A stretch of 64,000 bases of DNA from an uncultured Thermoprotei archaeon (lineage in GTDB: Archaea > Thermoproteota > Thermoprotei > Thermofilales > B15-G2). The stretch's first letter is position 1. Every line of letters starts with the position of its first letter. The DNA lies in contig CBDUKN010000003.1 of NCBI GenBank assembly GCA_965367815.1, positions 448 through 64,447 on the forward strand. The letters run 5' to 3'. Below the pieces are notes generated by a model. It searched no databases, was not told the DNA's origin, and saw only the letters and a list, made by a program, of their open reading frames with translations. The position numbers and the translations under genes are program-made. Positions 55,232 to 63,418 of this stretch are shown here, piece by piece.

Positions 55232-55774
55232 ATGATACTAAGTGACAGGGAGCTACTCGAGCTCATAGAGAAAGGAGATCTTGTGATAAAGCCTTTTAGC
55301 AGAAAATACTTAGACGATGTGAGCTACGAAGTACATTTATCGAACGAGTTTATCGTAATGGACTATATTAACACACCTGTTATAGACGTCGGTAAGCTAG
55401 ATGAACTCAAATACGAGAGAGTTAAGTCATCTGAAATAGTTGTACAACCTCATCACTTCGTCTTAGGTAGAACACTCGAGTGGATCGAGTTACCGAGCAA
55501 CGTTACAGGATTTGTCAGCGGAAAATCCTCACTGGCCCGCCTCGGACTACAAGTCCACGCCGCAGCACTAATACATCCCGGTAGTAGAGGATATATTGTT
55601 CTGGAAATATTTAATCACAACAATGTGCCTATAGTGCTGAGAGAAAAAATGGCTATAGCTCAAGTAGTATTTATTAAAAACTATAGTCCCGAAAAAGATT
55701 ATGGTAGACGTAAAGGTATGTACTTTAATCAGAAGGAAATAACTCTTCCGCGAAAAATACCCTTTTACGAGTGA
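55232..55774 (+). CDS. dcd: dCTP deaminase (dUTPase-superfamily)
   Basis: MILSDRELLELIEKGDLVIKPF N-terminus, GKSSLARLGLQVH and GYIVLEIFN. Confidence 0.9.
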   Translation: MILSDRELLELIEKGDLVIKPFSRKYLDDVSYEVHLSNEFIVMDYINTPVIDVGKLDELKYERVKSSEIVVQPHHFVLGRTLEWIELPSNVTGFVSGKSSLARLGLQVHAAALIHPGSRGYIVLEIFNHNNVPIVLREKMAIAQVVFIKNYSPEKDYGRRKGMYFNQKEITLPRKIPFYE

Positions 55775-56300
55775 ATTGCTTCATTCAAGTCGATACCCCA
55801 GGTATTTTTCGCAAGCTCAAAACTTTTTTCTATGCTAACATATTCAAAGAAATTAGGTACCTTTTCCTTAAGTACTTTAATTGTCTCCTTTAAACTCACT
55901 GAAGAACTAATACTTGCGTGAATTAAAATACACCTTTTATCTACAGTAGCTCTACATTCTACTTCTCTAGTAAAGGTGTATCTAGATAAATTCAAAAACA
56001 CTTTATTGTAGAAATTCCCCGCAGCCTCAAATACTCCTAGCGTATATCGCCTACATAAACTAATTCTGCCTACGCCACTATTTTCAACAATTACTATATT
56101 GTAACGAAGACATTTTTCAATAGCTTCTGCTTCTAAAAGTACTTGAATAGCCTTACCAAAACCAATTTTCTTATCTAGCTCGGTGAAAACTTCGAGTACT
56201 GTTTCTGTGAAGAAAAGTCCTTTACTTGAAGCCTTCCAATAAGTTCCTCAAGCTCAGACTCCAAAATCTCCTTTAGTTTTCGGCAAAGCTTTTCTTTCAT
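55765..56300 (-). pseudogene. Frameshift-disrupted gene (ATG at 56300; frame change needed between 56247 and 56175); product unknown
   Basis: Frame 1 reads MKEKLCRKLKEILESELEELIGRLQVKD... and stops at 56177-56175. The -1 frame is open from 56247 and reads ...GLFFTETVLEVFTELDKKIGFGKAIQVLLEAEAIEKCLRYNIVIVENSGVGRISLCRRY..., continuing into the 78-aa track ORF (55765-56001). That frame has no start codon before the GTG at 56001. Confidence 0.45.
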
Positions 56301-56385
56301 AGCTATCTTCTCCAGCTTATATTACTACTTTTTTGTCTAATAGAAGCTGAGTTAAGTCAACATATAGAAGAATTCTTAAGAAGCA

Positions 56386-56484
56386 GGGGAGGGAGTGAGC
56401 GGCCACCAGACCCCCCTCACAACTCAGGGGAGACTCAATCAAGGGGGAGCTGAGGGGACTCGACGCCTGCCTCACTCCCTCCCC
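56386..56484 (+). ncRNA. GC-rich ~100-nt extended hairpin: candidate structured small RNA (class unknown) or MITE-like element
   Basis: Perfect 14-bp terminal inverted repeat GGGGAGGGAGTGAG (56386-99) / CTCACTCCCTCCCC (56471-84). Inner 7-bp helix CCCCTCA (56413-19) / TGAGGGG (56451-57). About 68% G+C by hand count. ATATAGA lies ~20 nt upstream and two T5 tracts lie at 56508-12 and 56516-20, which favours the plus strand. Confidence 0.35.
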
Positions 56485-56786
56485 TCGTATTTCACTTTTA
56501 ACCAAAGTTTTTAAGTTTTTCGTTATAAAAGGGTTAGTAAGCTACTTCCGATCTTTTAGAGATACACTCTGATATTGAACTAGTTTCTTCAGATACGGTA
56601 GTTTCTAGTGCTCAGTTAATTTCTCTGCTATGTTTCAGTACCTTTATTGTAGTAGATTTAGTAACATATCTCTTAAGTGATTGTCGGTGATATCTTTAGA
56701 GGCACTAAAGTTTATTTAAATTATCTGCTAAATTACTTTGAAGTAGTAGATTTAGGTGAGTTCTGCTATTTATATAAGGTGAGAAA

Positions 56787-57770
56787 GTGTTGCCAGGAGG
56801 TCACTTAGCTGCAGTGCTCATAGGCTGCAACATTGTTTCAGTGCTAGTGATTGCTGTAGCCTATCTGCTAGCTAAAAGACTCAATGCAGCCAAGGTATTC
56901 AAGTATGCTTCAGTAATAGAAGCAATTATTTTAGCTGCAGTAGTGGGTTTATCTTATATGGCATTGCTGTCTCTCGTTCTTGGATTTAATGTAGTTGTTT
57001 TAATATCAGTTTTATCATTTATTATTTTGCAATATACAGTATACCCTAAATTTATTTTAAAAGGATTAAAACTAAGTAAATTGACCTTAAATGACAAGGT
57101 TCTTAGCAACATTAAGCCCGCCTACATTTACTTAGCAGACTTAGGAGTATTTAACGCTTTTAGCATTGATAATCATTTTAGTAAAATTATTATATTTGAT
57201 AGAAAGTTTCATGAAGTATTATCAGAAGATGAATTTAAGGCTGTAGTTCTTCATGAATATTTACACCTAAAGAGCTACGATATACTCTACTTGCTTTCTC
57301 TTGCATTGACTCCTCTCATTATTTTCTCGATAGGAGTGTATTTTCTCATTAAAGGCTGTAGTTTTATTAAAGCTAGAAAACTTATCGAAAAAGCTGAAGG
57401 CTTTCTTCCAGCTTTAGTCTTAACAATACTTGGGCTACTTTTCTTGGCTATAGTAGTTCCAATTTATTTGCCTGCTTTTTCTTTTATGAGAATGAGAGAG
57501 CATGTAGCCGACTTATATTCAGTTAGAGTACTTAAAAACAGTAGTGTTAAAAGGTCTCTTAGCAGAGCAGGATGTTGCGATGATGCTGAGTCTTTCGCTA
57601 AAAGTCCTTTTGCTGTTCTTCGATCTATTATATTCTTTTCTTCTCCTATTTTCTCTAATAGAAAATTATTTGATAGAATTATAGAGCTTTTACTGGGATC
57701 TACACTATTTAATAAATTAAGGAAAAGTATTGTTGAAGAGATTTCGGCAGAGAATAGTTTCTGGGCTTAG
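56787..57770 (+). CDS. Membrane-embedded HExxH zinc metalloprotease (M48/M56-like)
   Basis: GTG start, multi-TM, with VVLHEYLHLKSYD (HExxH) between TM segments. Confidence 0.6.
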   Translation: MLPGGHLAAVLIGCNIVSVLVIAVAYLLAKRLNAAKVFKYASVIEAIILAAVVGLSYMALLSLVLGFNVVVLISVLSFIILQYTVYPKFILKGLKLSKLTLNDKVLSNIKPAYIYLADLGVFNAFSIDNHFSKIIIFDRKFHEVLSEDEFKAVVLHEYLHLKSYDILYLLSLALTPLIIFSIGVYFLIKGCSFIKARKLIEKAEGFLPALVLTILGLLFLAIVVPIYLPAFSFMRMREHVADLYSVRVLKNSSVKRSLSRAGCCDDAESFAKSPFAVLRSIIFFSSPIFSNRKLFDRIIELLLGSTLFNKLRKSIVEEISAENSFWA

Positions 57771-57815
57771 CAGTTACTTATATATAGAAGACTGATTCGA
57801 AGAGATACAGCAAGC

Positions 57816-59561
57816 ATGAACGAGGAGGGGGAGTCGAGTAGTCCGCTGAAAATAATTAAGACTAATCAGAGTATAAGGGTTCTCCTTGTAAGAGCAATAC
57901 TCGTGGCTACAGCTGGTGGCGTAACTGGTGGACTCGGCATAATATACTTTAAGCATGTGCTAGGAGCCTCAGCTATAATCTTAGGTTTCCTTACATCGCT
58001 TAGCTCGCTTACTGTACTTATATCAATGCTTTTCAGCGGATGGTTTAGCGATAACTACGGCAGGAAAAAAGCATTCGTTATAGGCACTCTCTTAGCATCA
58101 ATACCTTCTTTCCTCTTTTTCCTCGCAAACAGCTGGGTTGTGCTTATACCTGGATTTATTATAAGTGCTCTAGGCAGCTCGTTTATTGCACCTTCATATC
58201 AGTACATTATCAGAGTTTCTACTAAGAGGCAAAACAGGAGCACTAGTATTGCTTTGATTAATACAGCATCAAACATTATGTCTATGATCGTGCCTCCTCT
58301 AGCGGCTTTCCTAATAATGTATTTCGGAGGAATCTATTTAGTCAAGTACTCGTTTTTCATAAGCTTTCTTCTTATATTTACTGCTGCAATTTACTTAGCT
58401 AAAAAGCTCCAAGTTCCGGAGTACACTGACAAGAAGAAGACGAGGCTTAAATTTAGGTTTCTCGAGCCTTTCAGAGATCTCGTTAAAGTCTATAAGATAA
58501 GCCGTGAAAGAAAGCTACACTACTGGCTTGTTTTCGTGTCACTAGGTCCCTTCGTGAACACTATTGTTAGCCCGTTTTGGTCGCTTTATGCTTATGAGGT
58601 TTGTGGTACTCCTGGAGAGCTGATAGGTTTTCTGCCTACAGCTCAGTCTCTAACATATATTCTTCTACTGATACCCGTATCTAAGCTCTCAGATAAAATT
58701 GGGAGGAAGAAAGTTTACTTGACCTTAAGGCCTTTTCTGTGGTTGTCTTTCTTAACTCTAGTCCTGGCGGGCACTTTTAAGTCGGAGTACTCTTACTTAG
58801 CTCCACTGCTTTCTTGGGCTTTCTACGGAATATTTGCTACAGGCTCACCTTCAATGGCTGCTTCACTTATAGAGTCTTTTCCGAAAGAATATGTTTCTAG
58901 GTGGACTTCACTCAGAAATATTCTATACTACACTGTAGCTATTTTCGCGGGATATCTGGGTGGAGTGCTGTGGAGTATTGATCCTAGACTGCCTTTTATG
59001 GTGGCTTTCGTAGTTGATGCTACTAGAACACTCCTGCTGTTTAAAGTCCCTGAGACTCACATAAGTGTTCCCGAGGAAGAAGTCTCTGCTAGGCCTCCGC
59101 GCCACATAGTAATATACGAGCTTCCTGGAGCAGGACTAGGTACTGTAGCTAAGCTTCTCAGAAACAGACTTGGCTTGCAAATAGTCGATGTGGTTTCAGA
59201 GAAAGACTTAGAGAGAAAAGTGAAGGCTCCCTCGGTTATCGAAGGCGAAGCTGGACTTAAGTTAGCTAAAGAGAGAAACGACGCGCTCGTAGTGCTTCTT
59301 GTGGCTCCGCGCTACGAAAGAGCGCTCAAAATAATGAGGGAGAAGAAAGAGCCTCTTTTCGTAGCCTATAAGGAGCTCGAAGACGAAGACAAGAAAGTAT
59401 CGAAAATGATTAAGAAGTACTTTAATGCCGACTTAGAGAAGCTACCTCCGTTCGACATAGCTATCAATACTCAGAGAATACCTCCTGACGTGGCTGAGAA
59501 GATAATAGAGTTGGCGTATGTTGAAGCCAGGAAGAAGAAAGAGAAGGAGGTTTCTACTTAA
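57816..59561 (+). CDS. MFS transporter fused to a C-terminal cytidylate-kinase-like (Cytidylate_kin2-type) domain with degenerate P-loop
   Basis: MFS motif A is seen twice (FSGWFSDNYGRKKAF, LSDKIGRKKVYL). The C-terminal ~165 aa read IVIYELPGAGLGTVAKLLRNRLGL...LLVAPRYERALKIMREK...FDIAINTQRIPPDVAEKIIE, which parallels archaeal CMP-kinase-like proteins but has GAGLGT in place of GSGKT. Confidence 0.75.
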   Translation: MNEEGESSSPLKIIKTNQSIRVLLVRAILVATAGGVTGGLGIIYFKHVLGASAIILGFLTSLSSLTVLISMLFSGWFSDNYGRKKAFVIGTLLASIPSFLFFLANSWVVLIPGFIISALGSSFIAPSYQYIIRVSTKRQNRSTSIALINTASNIMSMIVPPLAAFLIMYFGGIYLVKYSFFISFLLIFTAAIYLAKKLQVPEYTDKKKTRLKFRFLEPFRDLVKVYKISRERKLHYWLVFVSLGPFVNTIVSPFWSLYAYEVCGTPGELIGFLPTAQSLTYILLLIPVSKLSDKIGRKKVYLTLRPFLWLSFLTLVLAGTFKSEYSYLAPLLSWAFYGIFATGSPSMAASLIESFPKEYVSRWTSLRNILYYTVAIFAGYLGGVLWSIDPRLPFMVAFVVDATRTLLLFKVPETHISVPEEEVSARPPRHIVIYELPGAGLGTVAKLLRNRLGLQIVDVVSEKDLERKVKAPSVIEGEAGLKLAKERNDALVVLLVAPRYERALKIMREKKEPLFVAYKELEDEDKKVSKMIKKYFNADLEKLPPFDIAINTQRIPPDVAEKIIELAYVEARKKKEKEVST

Positions 59562-59598
59562 ATGTATATATTCTGTGCGCCGATAATTATTCGGGAGT

Positions 59599-60846
59599 AT
59601 GCCCGAGAAACTAGGCGTAGGTTTAATAGGAGCAGGCTTTTCGGCTAGATTTCATGTAAAATCGTGGGTCGGAGTCCGGAACGCCGATATTGTCGCAATT
59701 TTCAGCCGAACAGAAAAAAGAGCCAAAGAACTAGCGGCTCTAGCAGAGCAGTTCGGCGTAGGTAAACCCAAAGTCTACACAAATATACATGACTTGCTCA
59801 GCGACCCTAATGTCAATGCTATATGGATACTTACACCAAACAACACTAGAGTAGAAATAGTCAAAGCAATAGCAGAGGAAGCCGAGCAAGGCAAAGGAAA
59901 TCTCATTGGAGTAGCCTGTGAGAAGCCTTTAGCCAGAACAGTTGCCGAAGCAAAGGAAATGATAAGGCTTATTGAAAAAGCAGGGCTTCTCCACGGCTAC
60001 TTAGAAAACCAAGTATTCTCTCCAGCAGTCGTCAGAGGAAGAGAAATACTGTGGAAGTACGGAGCAAAGTACGCCGGCAGACCCTACTTAGCTAGAGCAG
60101 CTGAAGAACACGGTGGACCACATGCCTCCTGGTTCTGGAACCCAACTATCTCGGGAGGAGGAGTACTCCTCGATATGATGTGCCACAGCTTCGAAGCTGC
60201 CAGATATATGCTATTAGATCCAAGCAAACCTAAAGACAGCCTCAAGCCTAAGAAAGTGTCTGCTGAAATAGCTTCACTTAAGTGGACTAGACCAGAGTAC
60301 ATTGAGCAACTCAAGAAAACTTACGGAGTAGACTACAGTAAAGTCCCTGCAGAAGACTACGCTACAGCAGTAGTAGTATATGAAGACGATGAAGGAAACA
60401 TAGTTCTCTCAGAAACCCACACTTCTTGGAGCTTCATTGGAGCAGGACTGAGACTGACATTCGAAGTCCTTGGTCCAGAATACAGCCTATGGATAAATAC
60501 TCTCCAGCCAGAACTCTTCGTATTCTTCAGCAGAAATGTCAAGATACCGCCTTCAGAAGAATTTGTTGAAAAACAGAACGCTGACCAAGGCTTAATGCCC
60601 ACTATACCCGACGAGGCAGTAACATACGGCTACCAAGGAGAAAACAGGTACATGGTAGAGTGTTTCCTCAAGAGAGAACAGCCTGCCGAGAACTGGTACG
60701 ACGGACTACTAATAGTCCAGCTAATGATGGCTGCCTACAAGTCAGCTGAAGAAGGCAAGAAAATAGACTTCAAGCCAGAAGAACTAGAAACATATGTACC
60801 CAAAGTAGCTAAAGGAGAGTGGAACCCGAGATCAATACTAGAGTAA
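59599..60846 (+). CDS. Gfo/Idh/MocA-family oxidoreductase
   Basis: LGVGLIGAGFSARFHVKSW Rossmann motif and ACEKPLA (EKP motif). 415 aa. Confidence 0.85.
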   Translation: MPEKLGVGLIGAGFSARFHVKSWVGVRNADIVAIFSRTEKRAKELAALAEQFGVGKPKVYTNIHDLLSDPNVNAIWILTPNNTRVEIVKAIAEEAEQGKGNLIGVACEKPLARTVAEAKEMIRLIEKAGLLHGYLENQVFSPAVVRGREILWKYGAKYAGRPYLARAAEEHGGPHASWFWNPTISGGGVLLDMMCHSFEAARYMLLDPSKPKDSLKPKKVSAEIASLKWTRPEYIEQLKKTYGVDYSKVPAEDYATAVVVYEDDEGNIVLSETHTSWSFIGAGLRLTFEVLGPEYSLWINTLQPELFVFFSRNVKIPPSEEFVEKQNADQGLMPTIPDEAVTYGYQGENRYMVECFLKREQPAENWYDGLLIVQLMMAAYKSAEEGKKIDFKPEELETYVPKVAKGEWNPRSILE

Positions 60847-60984
60847 TTCAATTTAACTTTATTTACTTATTTTTCACCTAAATATTATAGTAAGTAATCT
60901 AAGTATTTTGCAGAAAACAGTAATAGCCATAATTACAGCTAGCTTAATTTTGTCGATAAAGACATTTAATAGAGAAAGAAATAT

Positions 60985-61021
60985 ACTTCAGAGGGGCGAA
61001 GTTACTTCACAGGGGTGAAGT
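60985..61021. promoter_or_regulatory. Two tandem 18-nt inverted-repeat units (ACTTC-N8-GAAGT) abutting the start codon of the ATPase gene
   Basis: acttcagaggggcgaagt (60985-61002) and acttcacaggggtgaagt (61004-61021). Each loop carries an AGGGG, SD-like sequence. The GTG start is at 61023. Confidence 0.35.
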
Positions 61022-61022
61022 A

Positions 61023-62132
61023 GTGTTATTTGATGAATTCGTTAAAGAGAATATTAAGGATTTTTATGATAGAAGAAGAGAAATGGAGTTACTGAAAAAT
61101 GGTATTTTTGAATGTAGAAGAATAATCTTAATCTTAGGAATCAGGAGGATAGGAAAATCCAGTCTCATAAAAGTTACATTAAATCATAATAAAATACCAT
61201 ATATTTATATAGACGTTAGAAGCATTTACCGACAATATAACTACATATCGTCTTATGCCATACACTATGCACTAGAGTCAGCACTAAACAGGCTCTCTAA
61301 GTCAAGTTTCTGGTCTAAATTACTAGACTATCTCAAGAACATCAGAGGAGTATCAGTCATGGGTGTAGAAGTAAGGTTCAGCGAGAGTCCTCAGAAAATA
61401 ATGATGATTATGTCTCAACTCTTTAATGTACTAAATGACTGGGCTTCAGATAATAGATCTAAAATTGCCTTAGTTTTCGATGAAGCCCAGTACTTGAGGT
61501 ACTCTAAAATAAACTTCAGGTCTATAATAGCCTATATTTATGACAATTTGCCCTACATAACTGTAATTCTATCGGGAAGTGAAGTAGGTTTACTCCATGA
61601 TTTTCTTAAAGTAAATGATCCTAGATCAGAGCTCTATGGAAGATATATGTATGAAATAGTTTTAAAGAGATTTAATAGAGAGCAAAGCATAGATTTTCTC
61701 TACAAAGGTTTCCAAGAATATGGAATAGAGCCTCCTGTCGATATTATCGAAGAAGCAGCGAATGCTTTCGGCGGGATAGTAGGCTGGCTAGTATATTTCG
61801 GAAGACTTTCTGTAGACAGAGGTTTGAGCAGAGAAGCTATAATAGAGACTTTTATTAGGGGATCAAAATTAGTCAAAGAAGAGCTCTTTAAGCTATACGA
61901 AAGAAGTCCTAGATACCGTTACGTACTTGAAGCAATTGCTCAAGGAAATACCACTTGGAGTAGCATTAAGAAGTACATTACCGCTAGAGAACTAAAGCCA
62001 ATATATGACTCAGCTCTCTACGAGATTCTTTTGACTCTAGAAAAAATGGGTATTGTAGAGAAAATACTAGAAAAAGGTGAAATCAAGTACAGAATAGTAG
62101 ACCCTGTACTACAGTATGCTGTAACACATTAG
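61023..62132 (+). CDS. Archaeal ATPase family protein (Arch_ATPase AAA+ domain + C-terminal DUF234 winged-helix)
   Basis: FYDRRREMELL, Walker A LGIRRIGKSSLIK, Walker B ALVFDEAQYL, and C-terminal YRYVLEAIAQGNTTWSSIKKY (a DUF234-like wHTH). Confidence 0.8.
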   Translation: MLFDEFVKENIKDFYDRRREMELLKNGIFECRRIILILGIRRIGKSSLIKVTLNHNKIPYIYIDVRSIYRQYNYISSYAIHYALESALNRLSKSSFWSKLLDYLKNIRGVSVMGVEVRFSESPQKIMMIMSQLFNVLNDWASDNRSKIALVFDEAQYLRYSKINFRSIIAYIYDNLPYITVILSGSEVGLLHDFLKVNDPRSELYGRYMYEIVLKRFNREQSIDFLYKGFQEYGIEPPVDIIEEAANAFGGIVGWLVYFGRLSVDRGLSREAIIETFIRGSKLVKEELFKLYERSPRYRYVLEAIAQGNTTWSSIKKYITARELKPIYDSALYEILLTLEKMGIVEKILEKGEIKYRIVDPVLQYAVTH

Positions 62133-63310
62133 TCACGAACAAAGTATAGTAAAAACATAGCAGTAAAAATAAGTATGGCTGAAGCAATGTAAGGAGCACT
62201 CGCCGATACTCTGTAGGCAAGCACACCAGCTATAGCAGGCGAACAAATAGCTAAAAGTCTTCTTACAGCAGCTATGCTTCCAAGAAGTGTTCCTCGAAGG
62301 TGTTCAGGTATTCTTGAGAAAAGCATGTCCATGTAGAGGGGATCCATTATAGCGTAGCCTGCTGAAGCAGCTACAGCAGAAACAATAGCTAGTTCAAATC
62401 TATAGGAGAACGCTAACAGGAGCTGAGAAAACATTTGGAGAATAAGACCAGCAGCAACAGCTATTTTAGCTCTTCTTTTACTTATCTTTAAAACAGGTAG
62501 CGAAAAAAAGACTACAGTAAGACCTGCTGCAGCCTCATATAGAGATATCTCAAATAACCCTCCACCAAAATTCTCGATAAATAAGTTAACTAAAGCCAGG
62601 GCAGGTGCAATAGAGTAGGCTAAACCAAGTAAAATTATAATCAGGGCAACAGGATAAAATTCTCTGGGAATACTCTTGTCTACTTTCTCCTCCTTTTTCG
62701 ACTCCTTTTCGCTTTTACCAATTGGTTCAGAGACCTTTGGAAGCCAGTAGAGAGGCAGAAAAACAAACAAATATGATATTAGTGCAAAGACTAGCACAGA
62801 GCAAACTAGGTCTTCGGTACTACAGAAAACTACTCCCAGTAAATAGCCTATAATAGGATAAGTTATTGCTTGAAAAAGGAGAGGTAAAACATTATGGTAA
62901 ACATACAACTTATCTCTAATGTCTTCTGGATAGACAAGGTACTCGTAAACTGGGTAAACAGAATACATGCTAGAAGACAGTTCCTCAATAATAGCTCCCA
63001 ATAGAAGAAGGAAAATTTCCTGCTTTAAGAAAGCAATGTAGTAGAGCAAGTAGGCTGAGCCATCGACAATACTTACTAAAGCCATAATAGCATTAGGAGT
63101 GTGTTTATCGAGAAAACGTCCCACGGCAATACTAAGTCCAGCGCTTACAGCAGAGCCTACCGTGAAAATAAATCCTGCTTCTTCTACAGTAAGGCCTTTA
63201 ATTAGCATTAAGTAGGGCACAATATACCATACGAAGAGAGTAGGCGTAACTAGACAGTGGTAGAAAATATAGCGTTTGGCGGCTGTTGGGGCTCTGCGCC
63301 AAATTTCCAT
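62129..63310 (-). CDS. MFS-type transporter (divergent)
   Basis: 393 aa with ~11-12 TM segments, a GRFLDK motif-A-like loop and a central charged loop. Confidence 0.6.
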   Translation of the reverse strand: MEIWRRAPTAAKRYIFYHCLVTPTLFVWYIVPYLMLIKGLTVEEAGFIFTVGSAVSAGLSIAVGRFLDKHTPNAIMALVSIVDGSAYLLYYIAFLKQEIFLLLLGAIIEELSSSMYSVYPVYEYLVYPEDIRDKLYVYHNVLPLLFQAITYPIIGYLLGVVFCSTEDLVCSVLVFALISYLFVFLPLYWLPKVSEPIGKSEKESKKEEKVDKSIPREFYPVALIIILLGLAYSIAPALALVNLFIENFGGGLFEISLYEAAAGLTVVFFSLPVLKISKRRAKIAVAAGLILQMFSQLLLAFSYRFELAIVSAVAASAGYAIMDPLYMDMLFSRIPEHLRGTLLGSIAAVRRLLAICSPAIAGVLAYRVSASAPYIASAILIFTAMFLLYFVRD

Positions 63311-63418
63311 TTTACAGCCCCTTTAGCAACTTAAGGAATCTCCTTATAAGAATTAGTACTTACTAGTACTTCGAACACTTAGAGAAAACATAAGCCTCTA
63401 TAGTGTTGTAGATTTCCT

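Noticed and set aside
56175-56247. Programmed -1 ribosomal frameshift in the split gene
   Set aside because: No X-XXY-YYZ slippery heptamer and no obvious downstream stimulatory structure. A pseudogene or a homopolymer error is more parsimonious.
56386-56484. tRNA, H/ACA sRNA, C/D sRNA or SRP RNA assignment for the GC-rich hairpin
   Set aside because: A 14-bp terminal stem is incompatible with a tRNA acceptor stem and there is no T-loop. There is no RUGAUGA/CUGA box pair. No ACA follows the 3' arm on either strand. It is far too short for SRP or RNase P RNA. I kept it only as an unclassified candidate.
56317-56505. 62-aa minus-strand ORF
   Set aside because: It is the antisense reading of the GC-rich inverted-repeat element plus AT-rich flank, with no coding features.
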